Source: Laetmonice hystrix
Taxonomy: Eukaryota
Reading direction: 5' to 3'
DNA length: 64,000 nt
Assembly: GCA_965235115.1 (NCBI GenBank)
Contig: OZ249436.1
Location: 37,946,001 to 38,010,000, forward strand
Shown: positions 1 through 12,311 of the stretch, piece after piece
How positions within the stretch are numbered: the first letter of the stretch is position 1
Layout: each line of letters starts with the position of its first letter
Program-made: the position numbers and the translations under genes
Notes under the pieces: generated by a model
The model's database searches: none
Seen by the model: only the letters and a program-made list of their open reading frames with translations
Told to the model about the DNA's origin: nothing

Positions 1-638
1 AGTCAGACTCCCGGGCTGTATACCAACTGCTTCACAAACTGTACGAGACACGCCTATACCACAGTCGGACTCCCGGGCTGTATACCAACAGCTTCACAAA
101 CTGTACGAGTCACACCTATACCACAGTCAGACTCCCGGGCTGTATACCAACAGCTTCACAAACTGTACGAGTCACACCTATACCACAGTCAGGCACCCGG
201 GCTGTATACCAACAGCTTCACAAACTCTACGAGTCACACCTATACCACAGTCAGACTCCCGGGCTGTATACCAACAGCTTCACAAACTGTACGAGTCACA
301 CCTATACCACAGTCAGACTCCCGGACTGTATACCAACAGCTTTACAAACTGTACGAGTCACACCTATACCACAGTCAGACTCCCGGGCTGTATACCAACA
401 GCTTCACAAACTGTACGAGTCACACCTATACCACAGTCAGACTCCCGGGCTGTATACCACCAACTTCACAAACTGTACGAGTCACACCTATACCACAGTC
501 AGACTCCCGGGCTGTATACCAACAGCTTCACAAACTGTACGAGTCACACCTATACCACAGTCAGGCTCCCGGGCTGTATACCAACAGCTTCACAAACTGT
601 ACGAGTCACACCTATACCACAGTCAGACTCCCGGGCTA
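1..638. repeat. Minisatellite, 62-bp unit, about 10 copies (truncated by window start)
   Basis: Unit AGTCAGACTCCCGGGCTGTATACCAACAGCTTCACAAACTGTACGAGTCACACCTATACCAC repeated near-perfectly. Confidence 0.97.
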
Positions 639-3600
639 TACATGCTCGTGAGCGACACTCATCGCGATGAATTAAATTGTCGCCTCATCAAAATCTTTAA
701 CCTATACGATCTAAAAAATCAAATCAAACTCTTGTTGATTTACTGTTTGAATATACCCTGCAGGGTAACATATACATGTAGTAGCAAAATGAAAACCCTT
801 TTGCAGCCTGATCTGCATGGTCAACCTTGCCATTTATATAGGGAGAGCATGTATTATATAATACACGATCGATGAAGTCGGAATGACGGACCGTCTGCGC
901 TGTGAAGTTCTATTTGGAGCATGTTGCAATACTTTTAACCAGTGATGGTATACCATTTCTCATAATATTATTGCCAATAAGATGACTACAATTAATATGT
1001 GTGCATGTACGACTCATTCCATTAGTCGTACTCAGAACTTGTGATTGCAGTCGTGTATAGGCGGCAGTATGTATAGATGTCTTTGAGGCTGGCAGTACAA
1101 GAGTGAAAGTTAATTGTTTTACAAATGGTCAAGATAAGGGGTCTGAACATTCATAATAGGGGGAAATAATATTTTGTGGTCAAATACCCGGTTTAATATT
1201 TCTCCAAATGGGCTAGAAGTTGTGTTCAAGATAGTCAATTGCCTCCCCCATAAAAATGACCGGTCGTTGATTTTCCTAGAAAGTAATCCACAACGTTTAG
1301 AGGGAGTATATTATGTTGCCATGTATAAAAGTGTGACGTAATCCTTAATGAGTTGCAAACAAAAACATGTTCATAGTACGGGGCAAAAATGTCTGTGCCA
1401 TCACTATGGACCTCATAGGACTACACCTTGCCATAGAGATATTTCTTAACGCCTATTCCGATATTTTCACACGCCAAAGTTCTTTGCCATGACAACGTCA
1501 TGAATCTTTAATAGAATGTCAAACAACTCTAGACTTAAGATTCTCGTGTCATAGAGAAAGAGGTGGCTGGACGGGGCTGGTTCGACTTCGTGCCAAATTA
1601 GGCGCCAGTTTTGGTTGTCACGTCATCGGGAGGCAGGTACATGTAGAGGTAGGTACATGGTCCAGTATCCGGGGCTCTGGGCTGGGGCCGGGGTATGCAA
1701 GGACCCTGGGCCGGGGGTCAGTTTGGCAGTGGGGTTCCAGGAGTGATCTCACTGGGTTTTAATGTGGACATGACGTAAGAACGCTGGGAGCAGGGGTGGG
1801 GTGGGGGGTGGGGTGGCCCGCAGTGCTCGCGTGTTTATTGTGGATATTGTGAGCAGTACCGCGTGTAAAATATCCATACAAGGTTGTCGTGTGTAAGGTG
1901 CTTTGTGACGTATACACTGCGTTTAATATCATAATAAGGTTTTCTATATTGTATATGGTATATGAAAAACTTTTGAACAATACTTTTATGAACTTATACT
2001 TATACTGAACCTGTACATGAATGAAAATCATAACATAAAACATTGTAATAGTTTTTATTATGTAATGCCAAACGATAGGTATTTGATTTCATAGAAAACA
2101 CAGCAAGAGTTTAGCAAGGTGATTAACATTAGAATGGTAATTAACAGACGTTACCTGTTGTAGACCACGCCCACTCCAGCCGTGTATAAAGCCCTCCCAC
2201 AGACCTCTACAGTCAATGGCAATGGTTTCTTTGATATCATTCATACATTTAACCCGTCCATTAGGCCAGCACTCGGGTCAGACAGACTTCATACTAACAC
2301 AGACGAGATTTTAACACGGGAGGTATGGACGGACACTGACAGGTCGAGGGTTAATTGTGGGGGCGCCAATCGTCCACTAATACGTTACCGATCGTCAGAG
2401 CCTCGTATTGACATCTCGTCCCCACGCGCCGCTCGGCTGTCTGTCCACAGATCCCACCTCAGTGTTTCATAGAGTGTGATTGAGAGGCAAATTGAGGCAA
2501 ATTGTGCCCAAACGTCGCTGCCTCTCCACACAACAAAGCCAGCTGTCTGCAGGAGTTCCACCAGTGGGACACACTCTCACAGGAAGCGTCGCAATTTCCA
2601 CCCCGAAGTGGGCTAAATGACTGTAATTTACCCCCGACTTAGGGGTGGAGACGCCATGTATATATACTTGCGCTGGGGTTGGGGGTAATGGAAGGAGGGA
2701 GAAAATCTCATCGATGCACTACAGGCTTCCGTAACTTTATTTGCACCCTTAATTTCCGTAACCATTTTGATATTTTATGTAAAATAAAATAAATTGTAAC
2801 TCTATAGGCCCCTATATCATGAAACTAATATAATGTATGTGAAATTGGATTTGAACTAGTACTTACCCTACTAAACGAGTGTTTAATGTGTTATGAAAAC
2901 AAAGTATCTAAGTGAAGGTAAGGTACAGGTGTTAATGACCTAAGTATATCAAATGTTTGAGAAAGTTGCCCCAATATATCACGACGTGTTCAGTGGGGAA
3001 ATCATTGGGGTTTAGTGAAACCTATATCATTTACAGGTAGGACTTACTACTACTAATATAGTATGGTAGTATGGGATGAAAAGGAGGGGACATTTTAAGC
3101 AGAATACAAGGAGAGGCCAGCAGCAGCAACAACAACAAACAACACAATTCTGAGGGAATAACATTTTCTGTTGGATGATGTAATCTGTGTCACTCTATAA
3201 TAAAGCTATATTTAGAGCGTGACCCAGCCGTCAGGGAACAAGTGACCACTGCTGGTTATAACCGGAAACTAACTCTAGAAATAGTCTCATCTTATAGATT
3301 GGATCATTAATATAAAACTCAATCGACGCGGAGGTCAGAAACGTATATATTTATTTTCAATCTCATTACAGAGAGTGTCCAATTTCCTCTCTCCCCTCCC
3401 CTCCCATACCTATACCCGTTGTATATACGCGAGCTCCACCCCACCCAGCCCCGCCGACCCATCCCCGTGGGTATTGTCTCTTGAGTGGTTCCATACCACC
3501 CGCGTGCCTGACACCGTCAGATAACCTCCTGTCCATGCGTGGGTTATCACACTTCTGCCACACCTTGATGACCCACACCCCCTACCCATCCAAACACACA

Positions 3601-4587
3601 CGACGTCCTAAACAACAGGGACGCTCTGCTAACGGGGCCCTAATGACCTCCTCTAGGACGACTTCCGGTCCTTGCTGACCACCACTGACCACTGCCATCG
3701 CACACTGACCACCACTTGACCACTCCCCTCCCTAGCGACTCGATCATCGACCAATAGATGCACGATTGCGATAATCTTGGTCCCCTTTAATCTTGCCACC
3801 TCGGCCGGTCAGATAAGATCAGAGATATTTAAAGGTTCACACACACGTTCCCCCCTACAGAGGAAAGCGTTTCTCGCGTCACTTAGCAGACTCACGCCAG
3901 GTCCAGGAAACCCATTCTTATTCTCTGTGAATGATATGGGGCAATCAAGAAACATTTTCTTATTATTTCATAGGATTTCTATCGATCTGCGAGAATTTAT
4001 ACCAAGTTTTTACATATTTATTCTCAGAGTTCCATTTCGGTCAAAGTGTTGGCTTGGACATCATTTAGGTGTATCTGATGTCATAGCAAGTAACAACTGG
4101 TGGCCAGGTAAGAATAATTCATTACACATCCAATCCACCTACCCGGCCGGGGCATTCTCTTAGCAGGGACTGAAACCGTTTTGTTGTGGTTGCTTTTTTT
4201 CTTTCCTTCTTTTTAAATGAAATCCATGGTATCCTTATCCCAAAGCATCCAACCTCCGTGCCAGAGATTCATGGTATTGGTATAGAATGACGTATGATTT
4301 CATGCTAACCTACTCAGGGGAATGAACTCGGTAAAAACTGGGTAAGTAGGCTACAGTGGACGAGGGGTGGTTTGGGGTGTGTTGGTCCCTCAGGGTAGGG
4401 GGTGAGGTGAACAGGTGAGCTTTGTGGGCATGAGGGTAGAGACGGGGGTGTGAGTACACGAACGTGGGGGTATGATATACATGGAGATGATGGGGTAATC
4501 AAATTGGGGGTAACTAATGGATTGGGGACATTTAATAAGTTGTACTCTCGCCATGAAGTCACATTCAGTTGAACTCGTCGTTTTCAA

Positions 4588-5284
4588 TTTTATGGCTGCC
4601 GCACTTTCCCTGTCCTGATTGGTCAGTTCCCTGTCACGTGATCACAAATAAAAACTAATATTGCACGGAAAAAGTAATATTGACCAGTCAATATTACTTT
4701 TGCATTGCCGTCAAGTGTTTTCACCCCTCGTGCAAATAGGCTCCTATAGGCATTCTTAACGTAAGTTTAATAGAACAGCCTGGGGGTGACAGCGTATGAT
4801 AGCAAAGCGGAAACTACGCGAGGCTAAGTTCAGAATCTTGTATAGCCTCTAGTCTAGGCTAGCTCTATGCCTAGCTAGATAAAGCAGTCGTGAACACGAT
4901 GGATCCCTGTAGCCTATCTAATTTCCCGACATGAGAAGTTTATGTGGTGACTGATTGTTAACATTGGTCATGGTTTTGATCATGGTTTACTGGTAGAATT
5001 GTGAGTACTGACGCACTGAGGCTCAGCATACCGGTAGGCCTAGGTCTAGATGATGAGTCTTATGGAGTAAAGTTAAACTGACTGTGCAGTCGTCGATGGG
5101 TCCTGGCATAGACAGGAAAAGTGCGGCAGTCATAAAATAAAACAAATATGGCACTTGGTATCGTGCAATATGAAAATTTATGGCACTCTGGAAACTGATA
5201 TTGCACTCCGCTTCGCGTCGTGCAATATCAGTTGCCATCGTGCCATAAATTTTCATATTGCACTCAACCAAGTGCCATATTTGT
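4588..5284. mobile_element. Putative non-autonomous DNA element with an inverted repeat pair and a long terminal hairpin (family unassigned, Crypton-like by inference)
   Basis: 27-bp inverted repeat 4588-4614 / 5111-5137 (2 mismatches) plus an imperfect palindrome of about 140 bp at 5142-5284 centred on CTCCGCTTCGCGTCG. True boundaries uncertain. Confidence 0.5.
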
Positions 5285-8200
5285 ATAATATCTAGAGGGC
5301 AAGAAAAGGAACATGGTCTCTCCATCAAATTAGGTTATTTTATGGCGCATGTTCACACGCACGTAATCTGGCAAGCCGGAGAGACACTTGGAGTTTCAAA
5401 CAAAACGTTGCTCTTTGACAGTAGATCTATTCATGAAGAGTCGTGCCTATATAGACCGAAATACTAACTTCATACAAATAGGAGCATCGACGCAGTGAAT
5501 GAAGTTCGCTCCTGTTGGAAGTGACTCAAGTTTTGCCGCGCTTTGATTCCGTCATGACCTCTGACCCTGAGCCGGTGTGTTTTCTCTGCCTGCACCACGC
5601 GTCGTAACCAGAAACCGGAAGTGGCCGTGAAAGTCAGCGGCACGAGTTGCCCGGATGAGTGGATCCTCTGACGTGAGGTCAGCGGGTACAATACTTTGGA
5701 CGGTTACGAAGGGGCAATGAGTGCTGCATCGTGCCCTCGGAGGGATCATGGCAGGATTTAGGAACTAGACGAAATGTGACAGCGAACTCTTCCTGTGTCC
5801 TCACAATAACGGTTTGCACCTCATGTTGTCGAGTCCTGTAACAGATATATCTATCATTGTCCTTTTTTTCCAACCGGAAACAATTGCGGTTGGTGATCTC
5901 GCCACTATATGTCAGCGATATATAATCTATGTCTGCCTGAACACGGGTAGGTGGCGCTGTTGACAGTCGAGGAAGCTATGTGGTCAATCACCCGAGATCT
6001 TATACCTATACATGAATTTGATTAATTAAATTCTCATTGTGTTTAGCTAATAATATTGGCGAGAATAATGCAATGAAAATAATAAGCTAGTAAAAAATGG
6101 AGGAGGAAGAAGAAGTAGAAGCAGTAGAAGAAGAATGAAGAAATAAAAGAAGTAGAAGTTAAAAGAAGTAGGGCCTATAGAAGAAAGAGGAAGAACAGTC
6201 GACGGCACAAGAGCAAAATGTTTTCGTTAACCCTACAGAGTTAAAGATGCTCTCTCTTCCCATACCCATTTTCACATCATACGCTCTGTTTCAGAACCCG
6301 GATGTCAAAAGTAGAGAGCAGAGTTAGGAACGCCGTTCTCCGACAAACGTTTCCATGACAATGGCGACCTGCCCTCGGGGTTATATAGGCATGCAGACGA
6401 ACACTTTGTTAGATCAGGATTGCGTACAGGTATGTAAGCAGCTATAGGATTGTTTGTCAAATCTGAACGAAAATACTACGGTAGTGTGTGAATCTCTACC
6501 CTCGTATAGGCCTATCACACGGGTGCTTGGGTGCAATTCTGCCTCATACTTTTCCTCGAAGCAATAAACGGGGACTTCCCTTGCCTGGTAGGCCTATACA
6601 TGGTGAACTATATAATATATCCTCCAATCACATTGATAATATAACTGGTTTGGCGCTCGCAGGGGTTGCACTCTGGATCATGTCCAGTTCGTGTTTAATA
6701 AGCATACATAGGCCCTACCCTTGTGTTCTATATATAATGTCCGTAGAAGTAAACAAGTGCATTAAGTGCATTATAAAAGCAATAGACTCTACCCGGGATT
6801 CGTTATAGTTTAAAGGCGCTCGCAGATGCATGCTGTTATGAAACAACCATACCGCACGGTAACCGTAGACTGCGGTCATCATACAGTCCGTACATGATGT
6901 TAAATGTGCTAACGCCCGTCGTTAACAAGTCTGGGAGGGGCAGGCCCCGAGGCATGAGGGCACCATTACGTGGGTTGGCGGGGCGCGGGGTATGCAGGAG
7001 TTTAGTTGCACCGTCACCGTCTGCTTGGGGTTTAGTCGGCCCAGACCTGGGGGTTCGGTCGGGGATGGGTACCGGCCTCATCAACTTTTTTCTATCGTTT
7101 TATCAGACTATATTGTTATCCGATTCCCCTTTCTTTCAATGCCATGACTGGCGCCCTTCTTCGGAATACCTGTCCGATATATTGATTGATTTATACAACA
7201 ACCCTCATCAATCTCACATATCACCAAAATAATGTTCTTAACCCCTTAAATATCTCATGCATATCGAACCGTTATATAACGTAATCTATAATATCATCAA
7301 TGAAGTGTTCCCCTTGAAAAAAAAAGAGAAGATAATTAACTACGATCTCGGGTTTCGCCCCCATCCGAGCTGGGTGGCCATACCTATAATGTGCCGCCAG
7401 GTGTCGCTGTCCCATTTTTTTGCCCTTTTTCTTTAATGGGAGTTGATTATAGGCACATGCTGTCAAAACCATACCCGTTATTTCCTACTTGATGAGGGTG
7501 TTTAGCAGCAGTGTGTCATGAATTACACGAGATGATTACTCAATTAGTATGTTCACTATGTGAACCGACAGTGAGATCAGCTATACGCTGGAACATCGGA
7601 CGTTTACAAGAACGAGATATATACACTGTTGTTTACGTGTGTTGATACCCATAAAACCTTCACAACTTTAATACCCTGACTAAAGTATTTCTCAAGAAAT
7701 TATCTAAAAACTCGAAATATAGATATAATGCTAAATTTATATACAACCCCCACATTTAAAGGCCTATGTCATAAAACCTTAATTCTCTTAAGAAAAAGTT
7801 GCATTTAAAAGAAAGAAAGAAAAACGTCCTCTCTCCCGATTGCATCCGAGCTCAGAGAGGCCAAGGGTGGGCCAGTATAAGTTTTGTATAAGCGCATCAT
7901 ATACAGGCCCTGCAGGATTATTATGTAAGACTACACTATGATAATGGACTTCATATAACCACACTGTTCACTCGTAGTTATAATGTCCAGGTGTTGATTC
8001 AGTACATTAAACCTGACGGCCAGGTGAGGATGGTAACACAGTGAGATATACCGACCTGTGTCTCACGTTAAACCACCACATTCTCTAGTCATTAATCACT
8101 GGCCTGTATGGTGGACTGAGCCAAAGATCACTTAGTATGGAGAGATATATCTACGCCGTCGGCATGTCAACTCATGCAGAAAGTAGACTGCACCGAGGAT

Positions 8201-8296
8201 TGCGCACTTAATGTCCCGGGTTGAGAAATATATCGGTACATGTTGATATATACAGGCTGAATCCATAATTATTTGGACGCTGCAGTGGTCCTTGGT

Positions 8297-8299
<3 letters not shown>

Positions 8300-8379
<80 letters not shown>

Positions 8380-8396
8380 TATCTCTCTCTATCTCT
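8300..8396. repeat. (CT)n microsatellite
   Basis: Direct reading. Confidence 0.97.
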
Positions 8397-9709
8397 GTAG
8401 GCCTACATGTATAAGTGCCTCTAAAATTATGCATAAAGCGGAAGATTGTTTTGGATATATCAATATAAACACGCATTTTTGAGCAAGCTATATGTCAGCT
8501 TATGTAATTGTTATAACGTTTTTATCTCAATGAAATGAGGTGGGAAGACTTTGGGGAATTTCTATAAGATTGTATTGAAATTGACTTCATTCAATTAGTG
8601 ACATATAGCAGAAAACGGATTTTGTTTACCGCATGATCGAGTCTCTATAAACACATCCCATGTCTCACATGCAGTGTTCAGCGTTTCTTTCGAAATATAT
8701 CGGTCAGCGCTTGTTCTCTGAGGTCACAAGTGCACATGTAGAACGCACCTTGCTGACCCCCTGGGAACATGGACGAAAAACATGTTCCTTCTCGGAAGCT
8801 GACGTGTTCATCCCGTGAAGGCTCGGCGGGTGTCGTCAGTGTTTTACAAAGGTGGCGCGCAAACAATAAACACACTCATTATTATAAGGCCACACCGTTA
8901 ATTCTGGCACCTCTCTCGGACCGGGAGGGGGGAAGGGGGGGGGGGTGATTAGAATAAACTCCCGGAAGGCAGGTATAGCGTACTTGCGGTTTTTTTTCTT
9001 AGCTGGGCAAATAATTCGGAAAGTATAGGCCTCCTTTATAGGAAGTCAAACATAAGCTATACATGGCACATTTCACATCCTTCAAGTGACGTTTGTTTGT
9101 ATGAGCTCATGTGATCATTTGTAAATTTAGCCGAGGCTTTCAAGAGAACAACCCGAACGAAAACGTAAGAGTTGGACTTCCAGTGCGTTCACTTGGTAAC
9201 ATCATTTCAGACAGGAACTACAGTATAAAGGGTCTATGTATATTGTCTTGATCTTGGAAAATCAATGTCTTTGAGCGGCAGCGCCTTCCAGTGCCGAGGT
9301 TATATTTTTCAATGGCGCCAAGCCATGTACACTTCCAGAGTGCAATAAAGTTATCAATGTGAATTGGCGATGGATGTTCAGATGGGAGTTTGTCCCAATG
9401 GTGACGCCCACACTAAAAACAGGAAACATGTATACATGTTGTTCATATACATCCTGTCTGTGATTTGGGGAGAGTGGGGGGGGGGGGGGGGGGAGGAGGA
9501 CGGGGGGGGGGGGGGCTAGGTCTGCCAACCTCAATCGTTTTAAGGGACCGTGACGTTAGAATCACAATTTGCCGGTGGCGGAGCCATGCAAGCAGCCTGC
9601 GATACGGGTGGGACGGCCACGGTTGACGCACGCTAACGACGGGGGCCGCTTAAAGAGGGTTCACTCATCCGTGACGGGTCGGGAGAAAAACTCGTCATGG
9701 CGCACTTCA

Positions 9710-9835
9710 ATTGGTGCGATCACGTAAATTGACAAGATAATTGGTGCGACCAACGACCCGGTGGGTGCGCTCCGGGTGGGAACATAGTTCACACAACATA
9801 TAAATAGAGGACGTTCGCCCTGTAGGCAAGCAGTT
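9710..9835 (+). promoter_or_regulatory. Proximal/core promoter of atonal-like gene A
   Basis: ATTGGT-N12-ATTGACAAGATAAT (9710-9741), GTGGGAA Su(H)/CSL-like site (9776-9782), TATAAATA (9799-9806) and an Inr-like GCAGTT about 31 bp later (9830-9835); about 210 bp upstream of the first ATG. Confidence 0.65.
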
Positions 9836-10043
9836 AGAAAACGCACGTGGACAGAAGCAGACAGCTTTTTTTGAAGCTTCTAAAAATTGGCAGGCATCGA
9901 CTGATATACGTTGTTCACTGAAGAACTCTTGCCAATATAGACGCCTGGCGGTGACAGCGGTGTGACAGAACACACGACTTGATACGAAAAGCAGAAACAT
10001 TAGGATTTATTTTTCCACGTTGATAAAATTGACCAAGGCCGTG

Positions 10044-10793
10044 ATGTCACTACCGATGTTAATGAGCTCCACACAGGCCACGTTGTCGGGGTTTGAACTG
10101 TACGTCAACAGTCTCAGCATGGACGCCGTGGTGATGGGGGTCGACTCCCCGGCCTGGGAGGACACGGAGGACGGCGACCCTACCTCGTCCTCCCCGTACG
10201 GCAGTTACTGTAGCCGGGGATCTCCCTGCTTCACCGACACCACCTCGGAGGGCGACGTGGAGAACCTAGACCTAGACGCTCTCACCTCGCCTGGAGGACA
10301 CGTCAACACCCCGCGCGGGGCCGTGGAGGAGTACGTTTCGAGTAGGATGAAACATTTCCTCCAGCAGTCCAAGCCCGCCGGCCCCGTCACCGCCGTCACC
10401 GCCGCCGCCAAGGGCTCCGACACCCCGGCCGGTCAGTACGGCAGGACCCGCCCCGCCGGCGGCTGTGGCGGCACCGCCGGCAGCACTGACGAGAACAACC
10501 GACCGTGTCCCTTGAGGAAGATCACCGGCTCAGGGAGCATCTTCAAGAAACAGTTACCTAGCAACAACAACCCCACCAAACCCCCGTCCAAGGATGTCCT
10601 CCGAAAACGACGCCTGGCCGCCAATGAACGAGAGCGGAAACGAATGCACAGTTTGAACGTGGCCTTCGACCGTCTCAGACAAGTTGTACCCGGACTGGGC
10701 GGAGACCAACAACTCTCTAAGTACGACACCCTCCAAATGGCGCAGAGTTACATCAAAGCTCTTCAGGATATCCTGGACAAACCTTTACCCTGA
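10044..10793 (+). CDS. ato: Atonal-family proneural bHLH transcription factor, paralog A (249 aa from first ATG, intronless CDS)
   Basis: C-terminal b[56 protein letters not shown] matches the atonal/Atoh1/Atoh7 signature (RRLAAN.RER.RM..LN.AFD.LR...LSK..TLQMAQ.YI). The track start at 10020 is TTG; the first ATG is at 10044. Confidence 0.95.
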   Translation: MSLPMLMSSTQATLSGFELYVNSLSMDAVVMGVDSPAWEDTEDGDPTSSSPYGSYCSRGSPCFTDTTSEGDVENLDLDALTSPGGHVNTPRGAVEEYVSSRMKHFLQQSKPAGPVTAVTAAAKGSDTPAGQYGRTRPAGGCGGTAGSTDENNRPCPLRKITGSGSIFKKQLPSNNNPTKPPSKDVLRKRRLAANERERKRMHSLNVAFDRLRQVVPGLGGDQQLSKYDTLQMAQSYIKALQDILDKPLP

Positions 10794-11089
10794 AACAGAC
10801 CGGTGAGTTAGGTCGACTCGTACTTTACACTTCTATCACACTGACGCAATCGTCTCTATCATAGAGACTGCCATTAATGAATTCCATGGTGCTGGCAGGT
10901 GTCTCTATAGTTGGGTACCGTATAGAGACCTTCACGTTGACGAGACCGATCGGTGCCGTAGACCCCGGGCCTCCTCCGGCCTGAAGACCATCTCCACCGT
11001 ACAGGGCCCTGCCACCCGACCCCGTCCATGGTGTACACGGCCGGGCCCCCTGACATCACCACCATCCCCTGGGTTCACCGAGTTACCCT

Positions 11090-11247
11090 CCACCTCGCCA
11101 CCAGTGGTCACCCGGCACCTGGTCCAACTCGCTACCAGTGGTCACCCTGTACCTCGCTACACCTGGTCCAACTCGCTACCAGTGGTCACCCTGTACCTCG
11201 CTACCAGTGGTCACCCTGCACCTGGTCCAACTCGCTACCAGTGGTCG
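11090..11247. repeat. Mosaic short tandem repeat downstream of atonal A (probable 3' UTR)
   Basis: Interleaved modules TCGCTACCAGTGGTCACCCTGTACC and CACCTGGTCCAAC. Confidence 0.85.
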
Positions 11248-12199
11248 CAAGAGGCACACACAGAACATTGGGTAACTCAATGTGTGACGATACCTTTCAA
11301 TGACGAGGTAAACATACACAACTGACGGTAGAGAATCACTTTAGTATATAAGATATCATGGTCGTAGAGAGAGCGCTGTGATCGCCTCTATAACTGACGG
11401 TCAGTAATGAAAACACCGTTAGAAGTTATAAAAATGTGCAATACGTCCAAGGTAAGTGCATTGTAGAACATGCACCTAGACACATTGTCAACTGTATCAA
11501 TGCAATTTGTATCATATTCACGTGTAGCATCGAAACTGTCAGGGACACCACAATACATTAATTGTGTTTGAGATCTCAACTGTTTATTTCCTATACTGAT
11601 GTTAGAAATATTCACGAAGAATTGACTGTGTTATTATGTTGAGCTGTGGTATGTGGTCTCATGGTCACCATGAGCTCACAAAGATGTGGAGCCCGCGGCC
11701 AATATCATATCTGCGACACCTATAATCTATATACATCAGTATAGATATAGGCCAGCAGATTTCATCAAGTGCTACAGGTCTCCATCCATGTAAAATTCAG
11801 CATTATTTATATATGTACATATATGTTATTATCTAGGTTTGTAGTATAATGGTATTATTTGTATGGCTGGTCCATAACAAAAGTGACATTACTTATAAAA
11901 CGACCATCAACACCATGGAATAAACGACACAATATTCCAATATCTCCGTGCTGAACGATGTGTATAATGATGGGAAAATGCTGTTGTATATAAAAGCACC
12001 GCAAGATAAAAGTGTCACTTGAAAATATTGTTAGTTCACAGCTGCTTGACAAAGATCCGTTCAGGTTCCATCTGTAGATATATAATAAAGTAAATTGTAT
12101 CATACACGGAAGAAAGAACATTTGTGTTTGAGTGGTTTTCTTGTGGTCTCCAAGGTTATAATACCAACCACATAATGGTGGTCCGAAACATTAACCGTA

Positions 12200-12311
12200 T
12201 ATCTCTCTATATATCTCTGCCTCTCTCTCTCTGTCTCTCTCTCTCTGTCTCCGTCTCTCTGTATCTCTCTATCTCTCTCTCTGCCTCTCTCTCTCTCTTC
12301 CTCTCTCTCTC
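12200..12311. repeat. Degenerate (CT)n microsatellite
   Basis: Direct reading. Confidence 0.9.

Noticed and set aside
11375..11382. K-box-like TGTGAT in the paralog A 3' region
   Set aside because: Single hexamer with imperfect flank; expected by chance.
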